Source of the DNA: Macrostomum lignano
Taxonomy: Eukaryota
DNA: 64,000 nucleotides
Assembly: GCA_002269645.1 (NCBI GenBank)
Contig: NIVC01001747.1
Coordinates: 124,001-188,000 of the forward strand
Direction: 5' to 3'
Below are positions 12,010-27,900 of the stretch, piece by piece (position 1 is the stretch's first letter; each line of letters opens with the position of its first letter). The position numbers and the translations under genes were made by a program. Under the pieces are notes generated by a model. The model was not told the origin of the DNA, made no database searches, and saw only the letters and a program-made list of their open reading frames with translations.

Positions 12010-13190
12010 CAACCTATCAACCCATCAAATCTCACTCTACATCCCCATCAAGTCTCCCTCTACAACCCCATCAAATCTCACTCTACTAACTCAATCAAAT
12101 CTCACTCTACTAACTAAATCAAATCTCACTCTACTAACTCGATCAAATCTCACTCTACTAACTCGATCAAATCTCACTCTACTAACTCAATCAAATCTCA
12201 CTCTACTAACTCAATCAAATCTCACTCTACTAACTCAATCAAATCTCACTCTACTAACCCCATCAAATCTCACTCTACTAACTCAATCAAATCTCACTCT
12301 ACTAACTCAATCAAATCTCACTCTACTAACTCGATCAAATCTCACTCTACTAACTCGATCAAATCTCACTCTACTAACTCAATCAAATCTCACTCTACTA
12401 ACTCAATCAAATCTCACTCTACTAACTCAATCAAATCTCACTCTACTAACCCCATCAAATCTCACTCTACTAACTCAATCAAATCTCACTCTACTAACTC
12501 AATCAAATCTCACTCTTCTAACTCAATCAAATCTCACTCTACTAACTCAATCAAATCTCACTCTACTAACCCCATCAAATCTCACTCTACTAACTCAATC
12601 AAATCTCATTCTACTAACTCAATCAAATCTCACTCTACTAACTCAATCAAATCTCACTCTACTAACTCGATCAAATCTCACTCTACTAACTCAATCAAAT
12701 CTCACTCTACTAACACCATCAAATCTCACTCTACTAACTCAATCAAATCTCACTCTACTAACTCAATCAAATCTCACTCTACTAACTCGATCAAATCTCA
12801 CTCTACTAACTCAATCAAATCTCACTCTACTAACTCAATCAAATTTCACTCTACTAACCCTATCAAATCTCACTCTACTAACTCAATCAAATCTCACTCT
12901 ACTAACCCCATCAAATCTCACTCTACTAACTCAATCAAATCTCACTCTACTAACTCAATCAAATCTCATTCTACTAACCCCATCAAATCTCACTCTTCTA
13001 ACTCAATCAAATCTCACTCTACTAACCCCATCAAATCTCACTCTACTAACTCAATCAAATCTCACTCTACTAACTCAATCAAATCTCACTCTACTAACTC
13101 AATCAAATCTTACTCTACTAACTCAATCAAATCTCACTCTACTAACTTAATCAAATCTCACTCTACAACCCCATCAAATCTCACCTGACC
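12010..13190 (+). repeat. 24-bp minisatellite (ATCAAATCTCACTCTACTAACTCA)n
   Basis: Direct reading, highly homogeneous. Confidence 0.95.
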
Positions 13191-13989
13191 ACCCCATAAA
13201 AAATTTGAGCTCTGCCATATGCAACTCCATCAGAACTCAGCGTGAAGTCTCACTCTGCATGTAAGCCTTCCTCAGTCAAAAATAAGTCTTGAACTGAATC
13301 AGTCAGAAAGCCCACTAATTCAGTAGGGCAACCGAAGCCGCACAATCGAGAATCTAGTTATTATTTTTTTGGCTAAACACTGCTAAGATTTCTTTTACTG
13401 GTTTGCATTTAAATCATTTACTGCCAGACTAAATGCTAATCCCCGTCTATAAAAGTGCTTTTTACTGATCTATTATATTTTAGACTAGAATAAATGACAG
13501 GGAAAAAACACACTAAGGCAACAGTACATGTATGTCTGGGCCTATCTGCAGAACCAAAAATCTCTAATCTTATATCTTCTTGTATCTTATTCTTTATCAT
13601 CTTACTGCCTGAAGAGCCTCAGCTCCCGTCCACTCCGCCTCTTCCTGGACCATCCATTTACTCAACTATCAGACAATATCCTCTTCATCCTTGCATTCGT
13701 ATGGCAGGATGTAAATTTAATTAGCATAATTAATTCACGACGGGACCATCAATATACCAGCTTGCGTGCATTTTCCGTTAATGGCTTGTATAGTAGAACA
13801 TATGCTATCATCAAACACTGAGAACCAACAGTCACAGTAAATAATAGCTGAGCTTGTCCATATAACAGTGCAAAATATTACACTACCCTGCTATCTTAGG
13901 ATTTTTAACTTGCAAGACAGCAGTTGGGAAAGAAAGGACAGCGTTTCAATATTCACGATACACAGCCGGCCAATTTCCCAGCCCTTCAA

Positions 13990-14360
13990 TACGCCACCAC
14001 CCCAACACGCCAACCCCCCAACACGACAACCCCCCAACACGACAACCCCCCAACACGATAACCCCCAACACGCCAACCCCCAACACGATAACCCCCAACA
14101 CGCCAACCCCCCAACACGATAACCCCCAACACGCCAACCCCCAACACGACAACCCCCAACACGACAACCCCCAACACGACAACCCCCCAACACGCCAACC
14201 CCCAAACACACCAACCCCCCAACAAACCACGCCCTAACAAACCAACTCCCCAGCTCAACAACCCTGGATTACAACCCCCCAAACAAGCCAACCGTAATAG
14301 ACCAACCCCACAAAAACGCCAACTGCCCAACATGCCAACCCCCCAACACGCCAACCCATG
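13990..14360 (+). repeat. ~15-16-bp C-rich minisatellite (CCCCAACACGACAACC-like)
   Basis: Direct reading; G-run rich on the gene strand. Confidence 0.85.
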
Positions 14361-14657
14361 ACACTTTAATCATTAGCCAGCAAATTTACCAAGCCCTGTC
14401 AAGCAAACAGATTTTTTAACAAAAATAAAAAACAGATTTCTGTTTCATTTCAAGTCGTCAAGCAGAGAAGCTGAGAGCTCAAATTAATCATGAATTTAAT
14501 GGATTCCTACCTTAAATTAACACTTGTTTGATGTAGGTAATTTTTCATACAAAAATTGGCACGCAGAGAAAAGTGCAAAAGCCTGGTTCTCTCTAGACAT
14601 TACCAGATCCTAAGTCTTTGATAATAAAAATTGTAACACAGTAAGCAATTAAAAGGC

Positions 14658-15695
<1,038 letters not shown>

Positions 15696-15721
15696 TAAAA
15701 AAGGTAGATAAACAGACTCAC

Positions 15722-16118
15722 TTGGAGTACTGCACCACCTGGCTGCAGCTCTCGGACACGGCAGGCCAACAAAGCCGTCAACCCAGCCAGAATAATAGTA
15801 CTGCATCGCAGGCACAGCTGCCAGGTTGGAGCAGGTGGACGCCTCAAAGCTGATGTTGATGCTGAACTGGTCTGCCAGGCCACGCCTCGTCAGCTCGGCG
15901 TTGATCAGGCTCTGGCTCGGCAGGATGTACCGCATGTCGAACTGATAATTAGACTGATTGGGCAGCAGACACAGCAGGCGGTATGGCAGCGGCTGATTCA
16001 ACGCTGCCATCGAGGCCTGACTCTGGACGGCCTGGCGCCCCAGGCTAATTACTATAATTAGTTGCCATGCAGTCACGATTGACAACCTGAGCCTGTTGTC
16101 TGCTTGTAGATCTAGCAT
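15722..16118 (-). CDS. Variable cassette B, exon 1 (signal peptide + start of ectodomain); apparent 1-nt frameshift near the 3' end
   Basis: ATG 16118: hydrophobic leader, then LLCLLP...FDMRYILP...INISFEASTCSNLAAVPAM...VDGFVGLPCPRAAA. Strong donor AA|GTGAGT at 15722/15721 fits exon 2 only in the shifted frame (QVVQYSN). An in-frame weak donor AG|GTGGTG lies at 15739. Confidence 0.8.
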
Positions 16119-16230
16119 GAAGATTTTCTTCTTTTTTTAATTTTCTTTTCAAACAAAAATTGTGACAGATGCTTCCAGCTGCTCAGATCGTCTTAAATAA
16201 TGAGACTCTCTCCGTGTCGCGACTTGTCTT

Positions 16231-16240
16231 GATTGGCTGT
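16231..16240 (-). promoter_or_regulatory. Candidate CCAAT box, cassette B promoter
   Basis: Minus strand ACAGCCAATC about 115 nt upstream of the cassette B ATG, followed about 30-35 nt later by TATA-like TATTTAAG. Confidence 0.45.
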
Positions 16241-16829
16241 GACGGCCTACAGCCAGTGAATGCTTCTGCTCCAGGAAATTTTGATCAGTTATCATATAGC
16301 TGCTGCTGCGTGCGTGTGTGTGTTTTGGTTTCAACTTGACCTCTCTGTCTTTCCCTCTACCTCTCAGTTTTTATCTGAACAGTGGCTGGCATCTGCGGAG
16401 GCTGAGAGGGTGCATGATTGCGCTGCACTTCAGGACCAACCCCGGGTTGCCGCACCCCACCCTCTCCAAACCCCTCTCTAGCAAGAGGAGAGAGTGGCGG
16501 CGGTTTCTGCTACACAGAGCGCCTGTTTCAAATAAAAGCAACGCACATAAGGCCATTTAGAATACGTAAAAGTCGAAAATATACCCAGTTTTCAAGGCCG
16601 TCGCTATTCGTTTTAATTAGGGTTTGTTGCTGGTGGGGAGGTCTGCAGGCAGCTTCACTTGACAGTGATTCAGTGATCACCTACAGTGTACTGTATACGA
16701 TCTTTACCTGCTTTCAAGTGCAGCTCTTATTGCCACAGATTTAATCGCAGTGGGCTTTTGCCGTCCTCAGTTGGATTGGCAGTTGGATGGACACCTGTCT
16801 GCCTGTTCCTGGGTACCGTCTGCCTGCCT

Positions 16830-16855
16830 GTTTAAATGTCTGTCTGTCTGTCTGG

Positions 16856-16937
<82 letters not shown>

Positions 16938-16958
16938 GTCTGTCTGTCTGTCTGTCTA

Positions 16959-16993
<35 letters not shown>

Positions 16994-17089
16994 GTCTGTC
17001 TGTCTGGTTGTCTGTCTGTCTGTCTGACAGTCTGTCTGTCTGTCTGTCTGTCCGTCTGTCTGTCTGACAGTCTGTCTGTCTGTCTGACA

Positions 17090-17145
<56 letters not shown>

Positions 17146-17175
17146 GTCTGTCTGCTGTCTGTCTGTCTGTCTGCC

Positions 17176-17228
<53 letters not shown>

Positions 17229-17250
17229 GCCTGTCTGTCTGTCTGTCAGA
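16830..17250 (+). repeat. (TGTC)n microsatellite
   Basis: Direct reading. Confidence 0.97.
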
Positions 17251-17929
17251 ATCACCCATCAGAAACTTCTGAGAAAAACAAAGCAGCCCCGTTTTCTCAA
17301 CCAGCTGCATCACTTCAGAACTGGAGCGTGTGCACCAAGCGCCTTATATGCAGCTTCAGTACCCGAGCTGGGCTGCCTAACAATGCACTTTTATTCGTAC
17401 TTAAGCGAGATGGATGAAGGCGGCCACTTAGAAGCTGAATAAATGAGCTCAGCATCTTGATGCGGCACCAGATCTGCTTCACGCCACAATAAGCTTTGCA
17501 GTTTTTAGCGTGGGAATATCTGGAGATGCTAAGGCTGATGCCTCGTGCGTTAATGCTTTAAGAGTTGACTTGCTAGTAGGCTGCACTTTTTGCTGCACAT
17601 TTTCTCCAGAGAATGGGAGTTTCTTTCTTTAATAAAGTTTATAGAAACTATGCATTTATTGATAGATTTGAAAATTGAAAATTTGATAAACAGAAAGATG
17701 TTTTCTACCGAAGATTGCGAGGCAAGCAAAGTTCCAGAGAATATTCATCCGCTTCTGTCTCCCTAGGGTACTTTTTCCTAGCAAGGATTCTACTCTGACC
17801 GGATTAGTCTATGGCTAAAACCCATTTAGCGCTATTGAAAAAAATCAAATCATTGCAAAATCAATAGACAATAGGACTGTAGATTGAGAGTTAATACTCT
17901 CTTCAATAAAACTCTTATAATTTTTTCTT

Positions 17930-18680
17930 CTCACCCTCTCTACCCTCCCTGACTACCCTGTCTTTACCCTCCATGCCTCACCCTCTCTATACCCTCCATG
18001 CCTCACCCTCTCTATCCCCTTAATGTCTCACCGTCTCTGTACCCTCCCTGTCTCACCGTCTCTGTACCCTCCCTGACTACCCTGTCTATACCCTCCATGC
18101 CTCACCCTCTCTATACCCTCCATGCCTCACCCTCTCTATCCCCTTAATGTCTCACCGTCTCTGTACCCTCCCTGTCTCACCGTCTCTGTACCCTCCCTGT
18201 CTCACCGTCTCTGTACCCTCCCTGACTACCCTGTCTATACCCTCCATGCCTCACCCTCTCTATACCCTCCCTGACTCACCCTCTCTATACCCTCCATGCC
18301 TCACCCTCTCTATACCCTCCATGCCTCACCCTCTCTATCCCCTTAATGTCTCACCGTCTCTGTACCCTCCCTGTCTCACCGTCTCTATACCCTCCATGCC
18401 TCACCCTCTCTGTACCCTCCCTATCTCACCCTCTCTATACCCTCCCTGACTCACCCTCTCTATACCCTCCCTGACTCACCCTCTCTATACCTTCAATGCC
18501 TCACCCTCTCTATACCCCCCATGCCTCACCCTCTCTATCCCCTTAATGTCTCACCGTCTCTGTACCCTCCCTGTCTCACCCTCTCTATACCCTCCATGCC
18601 TCACCCTCTCTGTACCCTCCCTAGCTCACCCTCTCTATACCCTCCCTGACTCACCCTCTCTGTACCCTCCCTGTATCATC
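17930..18680 (+). repeat. ~25-bp pyrimidine-rich minisatellite (CCTCACCCTCTCTATACCCTCCATG-like)
   Basis: Direct reading. Confidence 0.9.
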
Positions 18681-18689
18681 CTCTCTTAC

Positions 18690-19150
18690 CCACAGTCTCA
18701 TTGCAGTGTTTCTTCTCTCGCCAAGTCATATTTTGTTCTGTTAGCTGGCACCTATCTTCCAGTATCGCAAATAAGAATGCTTTGAGGATGAAGGCAACAT
18801 GCCACTGACGATATTTCACCCACAGCACGTTGACTATTGCTGACAAACTTAAAATTGTAAGTGCACCTGGGATTCCTTCATTTCATCAGAAATTTCTTCA
18901 ATACGCACATAAGAGTAGGAGTTTAGCGTTGCCAAATAGCTGGAATTGGAAAAGTACACAGAGATCTCGGCTTGTTTTGCACTGTAGAGATAACATCCCG
19001 TATGTAGATTTCTACATGTCACGCACCTGGCATAGCAACAGATATTGTCGCTTCTCCCCATTTCCGCATGGGAGATAAATAAAAAGAGGGATCCGAGAGG
19101 ATCAAAGCTACAAGTTTATCAGTCAGCTTCATCCCCAGGTTTACCACCTT
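18690..19150 (-). pseudogene. Possible decayed single-exon cassette
   Basis: Fragments in different frames: LVALILSDPSFYLSPMRKWGEATISVAM; YSYVRI; IVNVLWVKYRQWHVAFI...EDRC (spacing like B ILKRIFITNNWSRFF...KDGC). Ends G|GTAAGA (phase 1) at 18690. Confidence 0.3.
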
Positions 19151-19439
19151 CCAGCAACTACTAAGATATGGTTATAGAAAATGTCAGTTCACTATAGGAA
19201 CCGAACAGCCTTATGAAGCGGTAGTGAATCCAGGACATCAATTCGCCTCTCAGTCGAGCCCCCCTTCCCGATGTGCAGCTGCAGAAAGTCACGTAAAAAA
19301 TGGGGCGGCATCAATCTTCTAGCCAGTCTGGGGTGAACATCCTCCTTTTCTCCTCCTTTCTCTGCTATCTGCTCCGCGCTTGTCAAATTTCTTACCTTGC
19401 TTGTGTTTCTCCTCTCTGCTACCTCTGTGCTCACCCATC

Positions 19440-19960
19440 CCGTGTCACCCTCCCTGTGTCATCATCCCTACCCTCTCTGTGTCACCCTCTCTACCCTCCC
19501 TGTGTCACCCTCCCTACCCTCCCTGTGTCACCCTCTCTACCCTCCCTGTGTCATCCTCCCTACCCTCCCTGTGTCACCCTCTCTACCCTCCCTGTGTCAC
19601 CCTCCCTACTCTCTCTGTGTCACCCTCTCTACCCTCCCTGTGTCATCCGCCCTACCCTCCCTGTGTCACCCTCCCTACCCTCCCTGTGTCACCCTCCCTA
19701 CCCTCCCTGTGTCACCCTCTCTACCCTCCCTGTGTCACCCTCCCTACCCTCCCTGTGTCACCCTCCCTACCCTCCCTGTGTCACCCTCTCTACCCTCCCC
19801 GTGTCTCCCTCTCTACCCTTCCCGTGTTACCCTCTCTACCCTCCCTCTACCCTCTCTACCCTCCCTCTACCCTCTCTGTCTCCTTCTACCCTCCATGTGT
19901 CACCCTCTCTACCCCCCTGTCCCACCCTCTCTACCCTCCCTACCTCACCCTCTCTACACC
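19440..19960 (+). repeat. 23-bp minisatellite (GTGTCACCCTCTCTACCCTCCCT)n
   Basis: Direct reading; related to the 17930-18680 array. Confidence 0.9.
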
Positions 19961-20439
19961 GCCTCAGTTTCACCCTCTCTTCACTCACAATGTCTCCTAT
20001 TCCTCATCGTTCTCTCACCTATGTTTTTATCCCAAATATGAATATTATAAAGATAAAAACACACTGTGCACTCATGTATAATACCCATAGCATGATGAAG
20101 ATTCCCTGAATAGCTTAAGCAAGCAGAGATGCTGACCCAGCTTCATTTTCGCTCGCACTTTTCCTCTCACGATCCACAAACGGCTGTGTTCCCCCTTTTT
20201 GCGCTTTTGGTTAGTTGCCACTCAAGCAGGGGCTCTTTCTTTACTGGGATCAAATACCTGCTGACTGACTTTAACGAACCAAACGCTCAAACAGTGTAAT
20301 GCTTGACTTCCTTCATTATTCAATCTGAAAAGCAGCATATGGCCCGCATGTGCATCAGTGCCTGAGCTCATAGAAGTATGGAATAGTACACTCTCATGTT
20401 TATTAAGTTCGTGATACATTTCGCGATTCCTACGCTAGT

Positions 20440-20940
20440 CTATGAGTAATAGAAAAAAGTTATGATGCTAAATTGAGATCATAAGCCACTAAAATGAGTC
20501 ATAGAGAGGCTAAATAGAGGCAGGAGATACTATATCAATGTCATAGGATGCTGAAATGAGTTAAAATATGCTAAAATTAGTCATGCGGTGCAAGAATGAG
20601 TCATAAGATGACAACATGATTCATACGATTTTAATTTGAGTCATAGGAGGCTAAGATAAATAAAAAGACGCTAAAATGAGTCATAAGAAGCTACGAGCAG
20701 AATGAGTCAATAGATGTAAAAAAGTAATAAAACATTCTTAAATGAGTCACAAGATGCTAAATTGAGTCATAGAATACTAGAATGAGTCATAAGATGCTAC
20801 AATGAGTCATACGAATATAGATTAAGTCAGAAGATGTCAGGTTGAGTCATAAGATGCTAAAATGAGTCAGATGAGGATAAATGAGTCAGAAGACGAAAGA
20901 ATGGGTCAAAAGATGAGTCATAGGATGCCAAAAGAGAGTA
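20440..20940 (+). repeat. Degenerate ~20-bp repeat carrying TGAGTCA
   Basis: aatgagtcata(a/g)gatgct-type units, about 12 exact TGAGTCA. Confidence 0.8.
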
Positions 20941-21354
20941 CTGACAGAGAGAATTTTTTTTGAGTTCGAGGGCATATATTAAGTACTCGTATTTTACTTG
21001 GTCTATTATTGTTTGAACTTTTTTATCTTTTCTTTAAACTAAATCTCATCAATCAATTAACTCTGACAGGTAAAACGCGTAGGATTAATCAAATCTACCG
21101 GCTTGGATTTACCAGAAAGATGCATGCCTAACTTTTCCTATTTTTTGCCGCAGAGATTAGACAGAAGAAAATTGGAAAAGGCAACCTGTGCTCAAACATT
21201 GAGATCATAGCGAAATTTCGATCGATTTTGTTTGCTCTCAAATTTTGTCTTGTTACCTTTGCATTCTTTTATTTCTTTTTTTAACAATGATTTTTTGAAA
21301 ATTTTAGACGAATCCTAGCAATCCTACTTTAGGTAGAAATATAGGGACATTATT

Positions 21355-21430
21355 GGAGCAGAGCATCTCAGTGGTAAACGCGTCTGAATCTCGGGCCACG
21401 ACAAGTGGTTTGAGTTCGTTGGTCGCAACA
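21355..21430 (+). other. Degenerate tRNA-like / tRNA-SINE head
   Basis: A-box-like CTCAGTGGTAAACGCGTCTG and B-box-like GGTTTGAGTTC at tRNA-like spacing; no convincing cloverleaf. Confidence 0.3.
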
Positions 21431-21469
21431 ATCATTTAGGGCTTGTGCACGAAAATTGGCCTCTCTTCT

Positions 21470-24400
<2,931 letters not shown>

Positions 24401-24959
24401 TCCACCCCTTCCCATGCTGCATCCACACTAATATATCTCAATCCCAATTTACCTTCTCATGTGCATCTTTATCAACCGCCCTCCTTCCTCCAGTCCCATC
24501 AATCTATTTTTCTGCACCCTTCATCTTTCCCATTTTTCATTTTTCTCCCGAAATCCTCAATCCATCGACGCACAGACCGCACAGATAACAACCCCCGCTC
24601 TCCACTCCCCCCAGCTCCGTTTGTTGCCAAAAGCATTGAGCGCCATCATCAAAAAGCTGTGTCTTTCGGGGGCCCAATTGCCTTCGGGTGTGAAAGCTGT
24701 TCGTGCAGCTATCATTTAATCATAAATCAAAGCATGCAGCATTCCCCACCCAGCAGGCCTTGAGGACATTTTTCTTCTGATCAGCTGCTGGGAGTCTGCG
24801 TGCATGATGCAGCTTCTCTGCTGTCAATCGATTCCATATGCTGGCCGGCATTGCTAAAATCGCTATTCATTTAGAGATTAAAGATCAACAGACAGATAGA
24901 TGGATGGGTGGATATTCGGACGGGCTGTGAGCATCCTGGCGCAACACCCTGTGAGAATA

Positions 24960-27900
24960 GGAGACAGAGAGACAGGGAGACAGGGAGACAGGGAGACAGG
25001 GAGACAGGGAGACAGGCAGACAGGGAGACAGGCAGACAGGCAGACAGGGAGACAGGGAGACAAGGAGACAGGGAGACAGGGAGACAGGAAGACAGGCAGA
25101 CAGGGAGACAGCCAGACAGGCAGAAAGAGAGACAGCAAGACAGGGAGACAGGGAGACAGGGAGACAGGCAGACAGGGAGACACGGAGACAGGGAGACAGG
25201 CAGACAGGGAGACAGGCAGACAGGGAGTCACGGAGACAGGGAGACAGGCAGACAGGGAGTCACGGAGACAGGGAGACAGGCAGACAGGGAGACACGGGAA
25301 CAGGGAGACAGGCAGACAGGGAGACAGGCAGACAGGGAGTCACGGAGACAGGGAGACAGGCAGACAGGGAGACAGCCAGACAGGGAGACAGGGAGAGAGG
25401 GAGACAGGGAGAGAGGGAGACAGGGAGACAGGGAGACAGGCAGACAGGGAGACAGGGAGACAGGCAGACAGGGAGACATGGAGACAGGGAGAGAGAGAGA
25501 GACAGGCAGACAGGGAGACAGGGAAATAGGGAGACAGGCAGACAGGCAGACAGGCAGACAGGCAGACAGAGAGACAGCCAGACAGGGAGACAGGGAGACA
25601 GGGAGACACGGAGACAGGGAGACAGGCAGACAGGGAGACAGGCAGACAGGGAGACACGGAGACAGGGAGACAGGCAGACAGGGAGACACGGAGACAGGGA
25701 GACAGGCAGACAGGGAGACAGGGAGACAGGGAGTCACGGAGACAGGGAGCCAGGCAGACAGGGAGACAGGCAGACAGGGAGTCACGGAGACAGGGAGACA
25801 GGCAGACAGGGAGTCAAGGAGACAGGGAGACAGGCAGACAGGGAGACACGGAGACAGGGAGACAGGCAGACAGGGAGACAGGCAGACAGGGAGTCACGGA
25901 GACAGGGAGACAGGCAGACAGGGAGACAGCCAGACAGGGAGACAGGGAGAGAGGGAGACAGGGAGAGAGGGAGACAGGGAGACAGGGAGACAGGCAGACA
26001 GGGAGACAGGGAGACAGGCAGACAGGGAGACATGGAGACAGGGAGAGAGAGAGAGACAGGCAGACAGGGAGACAGGGAAATAGGGAGACAGGCAGACAGG
26101 CAGACAGGCAGACAGGCAGACAGAGAGACAGCCAGACAGGGAGACAGGGAGACAGGGAGACACGGAGACAGGGAGACAGGCAGACAGGGAGACAGGCAGA
26201 CAGGGAGACACGGAGACAGGGAGACAGGCAGACAGGGAGACACGGAGACAGGGAGACAGGCAGACAGGGAGACAGGCAGACAGGGAGACATGGAGACAGG
26301 GAGAGAGAGAGAGACAGGCAGACAGGGAGACAGGGAAATAGGGAGACAGGCAGACAGGCAGACAGGCAGACAGGCAGACAGAGAGACAGCCAGACAGGGA
26401 GACAGGGAGACAGGGAGACACGGAGACAGGGAGACAGGCAGACAGGGAGACAGGCAGACAGGGAGACACGGAGACAGGGAGACAGGCAGACAGGGAGACA
26501 CGGAGACAGGGAGACAGGCAGACAGGGAGACAGGGAGACAGGGAGTCACGGAGACAGGGAGCCAGGCAGACAGGGAGACAGGCAGACAGGGAGTCACGGA
26601 GACAGGGAGACAGGCAGACAGGGAGTCAAGGAGACAGGGAGACAGGCAGACAGGGAGACACGGAGACAGGGAGACAGGCAGACAGGGAGACAGGCAGACA
26701 GGGAGTCACGGAGACAGGGAGACAGGCAGACAGGGAGACAGCCAGACAGGGAGACAGGGAGAGAGGGAGACAGGGAGAGAGGGAGACAGGGAGACAGGGA
26801 GACAGGCAGACAGGGAGACAGGGAGACAGGCAGACAGGGAGACATGGAGACAGGGAGAGAGAGAGAGACAGGCAGACAGGGAGACAGGGAAATAGGGAGA
26901 CAGGCAGACAGGCAGACAGGGAGACAGGCAGACAGGCAGACAGAGAGACAGCCAGACAGGGAGACAGGGAGACAGGGAGACAGGGAGACAGGGAGACAGG
27001 CAGACAGGGAGACAGGCAGACAGGGAGACAGGCAGACAGGGAGACAGGCAGACAGGGAGACACGGAGACAGGGAGACAGGCAGACAGGGAGACAGGGAGA
27101 CAGGGAGTCACGGAGACAGGGAGCCAGGCAGACAGGGAGACAGGCAGACAGGGAGTCACGGAGACAGGGAGACAGGCAGACAGGGAGTCACGGAGACAGG
27201 GAGACAGGCAGACAGGGAGACACGGAGACAGGGAGACAGGCAGACAGGGAGACAGGCAGACAGGGAGTCACGGAGACAGGGAGACAGGCAGACAGGGAGA
27301 CAGCCAGACAGGGAGACAGGGAGAGAGGGAGACAGGGAGAGAGGGAGACAGGCAGACAGGGAGACAGGGAGACAGGGAGACAGGCAGACAGGGAGACAGG
27401 GAGACAGGCAGACAGGGAGACATGGAGACAGGGAGAGAGAGAGAGACAGGCAGACAGGGAGACAGGGAAATAGGGAGACAGGCAGACAGGCAGACAGGCA
27501 GACAGGCAGACAGAGAGACAGCCAGACAGGGAGACAGGGAGACAGGGAGACACGGAGACAGGGAGACAGGCAGACAGGGAGACAGGCAGACAGGGAGACA
27601 GGCAGACAGGGAGACAGGCAGACAGGGAGACACGGAGACAGGGAGACAGGCAGACAGGGAGACAGGCAGACAGGGAGACAGGGAGACAGGGAGTCACGGA
27701 GACAGGGAGCCAGGCAGACAGGGAGACAGGCAGACAGGGAGTCACGGAGACAGGGAGACAGGCAGACAGGGAGTCACGGAGACAGGGAGACAGGCAGACA
27801 GGGAGACACGGAGACAGGGAGACAGGCAGACAGGGAGACAGGCAGACAGGGAGTCACGGAGACAGGGAGACAGGCAGACAGGGAGACAGCCAGACAGGGA

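Noticed and set aside
19192-19434. ORF fragment ...RLARRLMPPHFLRDFLQLHIGKGG..., loosely like a non-LTR RT thumb region
   Set aside because: Too short, with no RT core motifs nearby.
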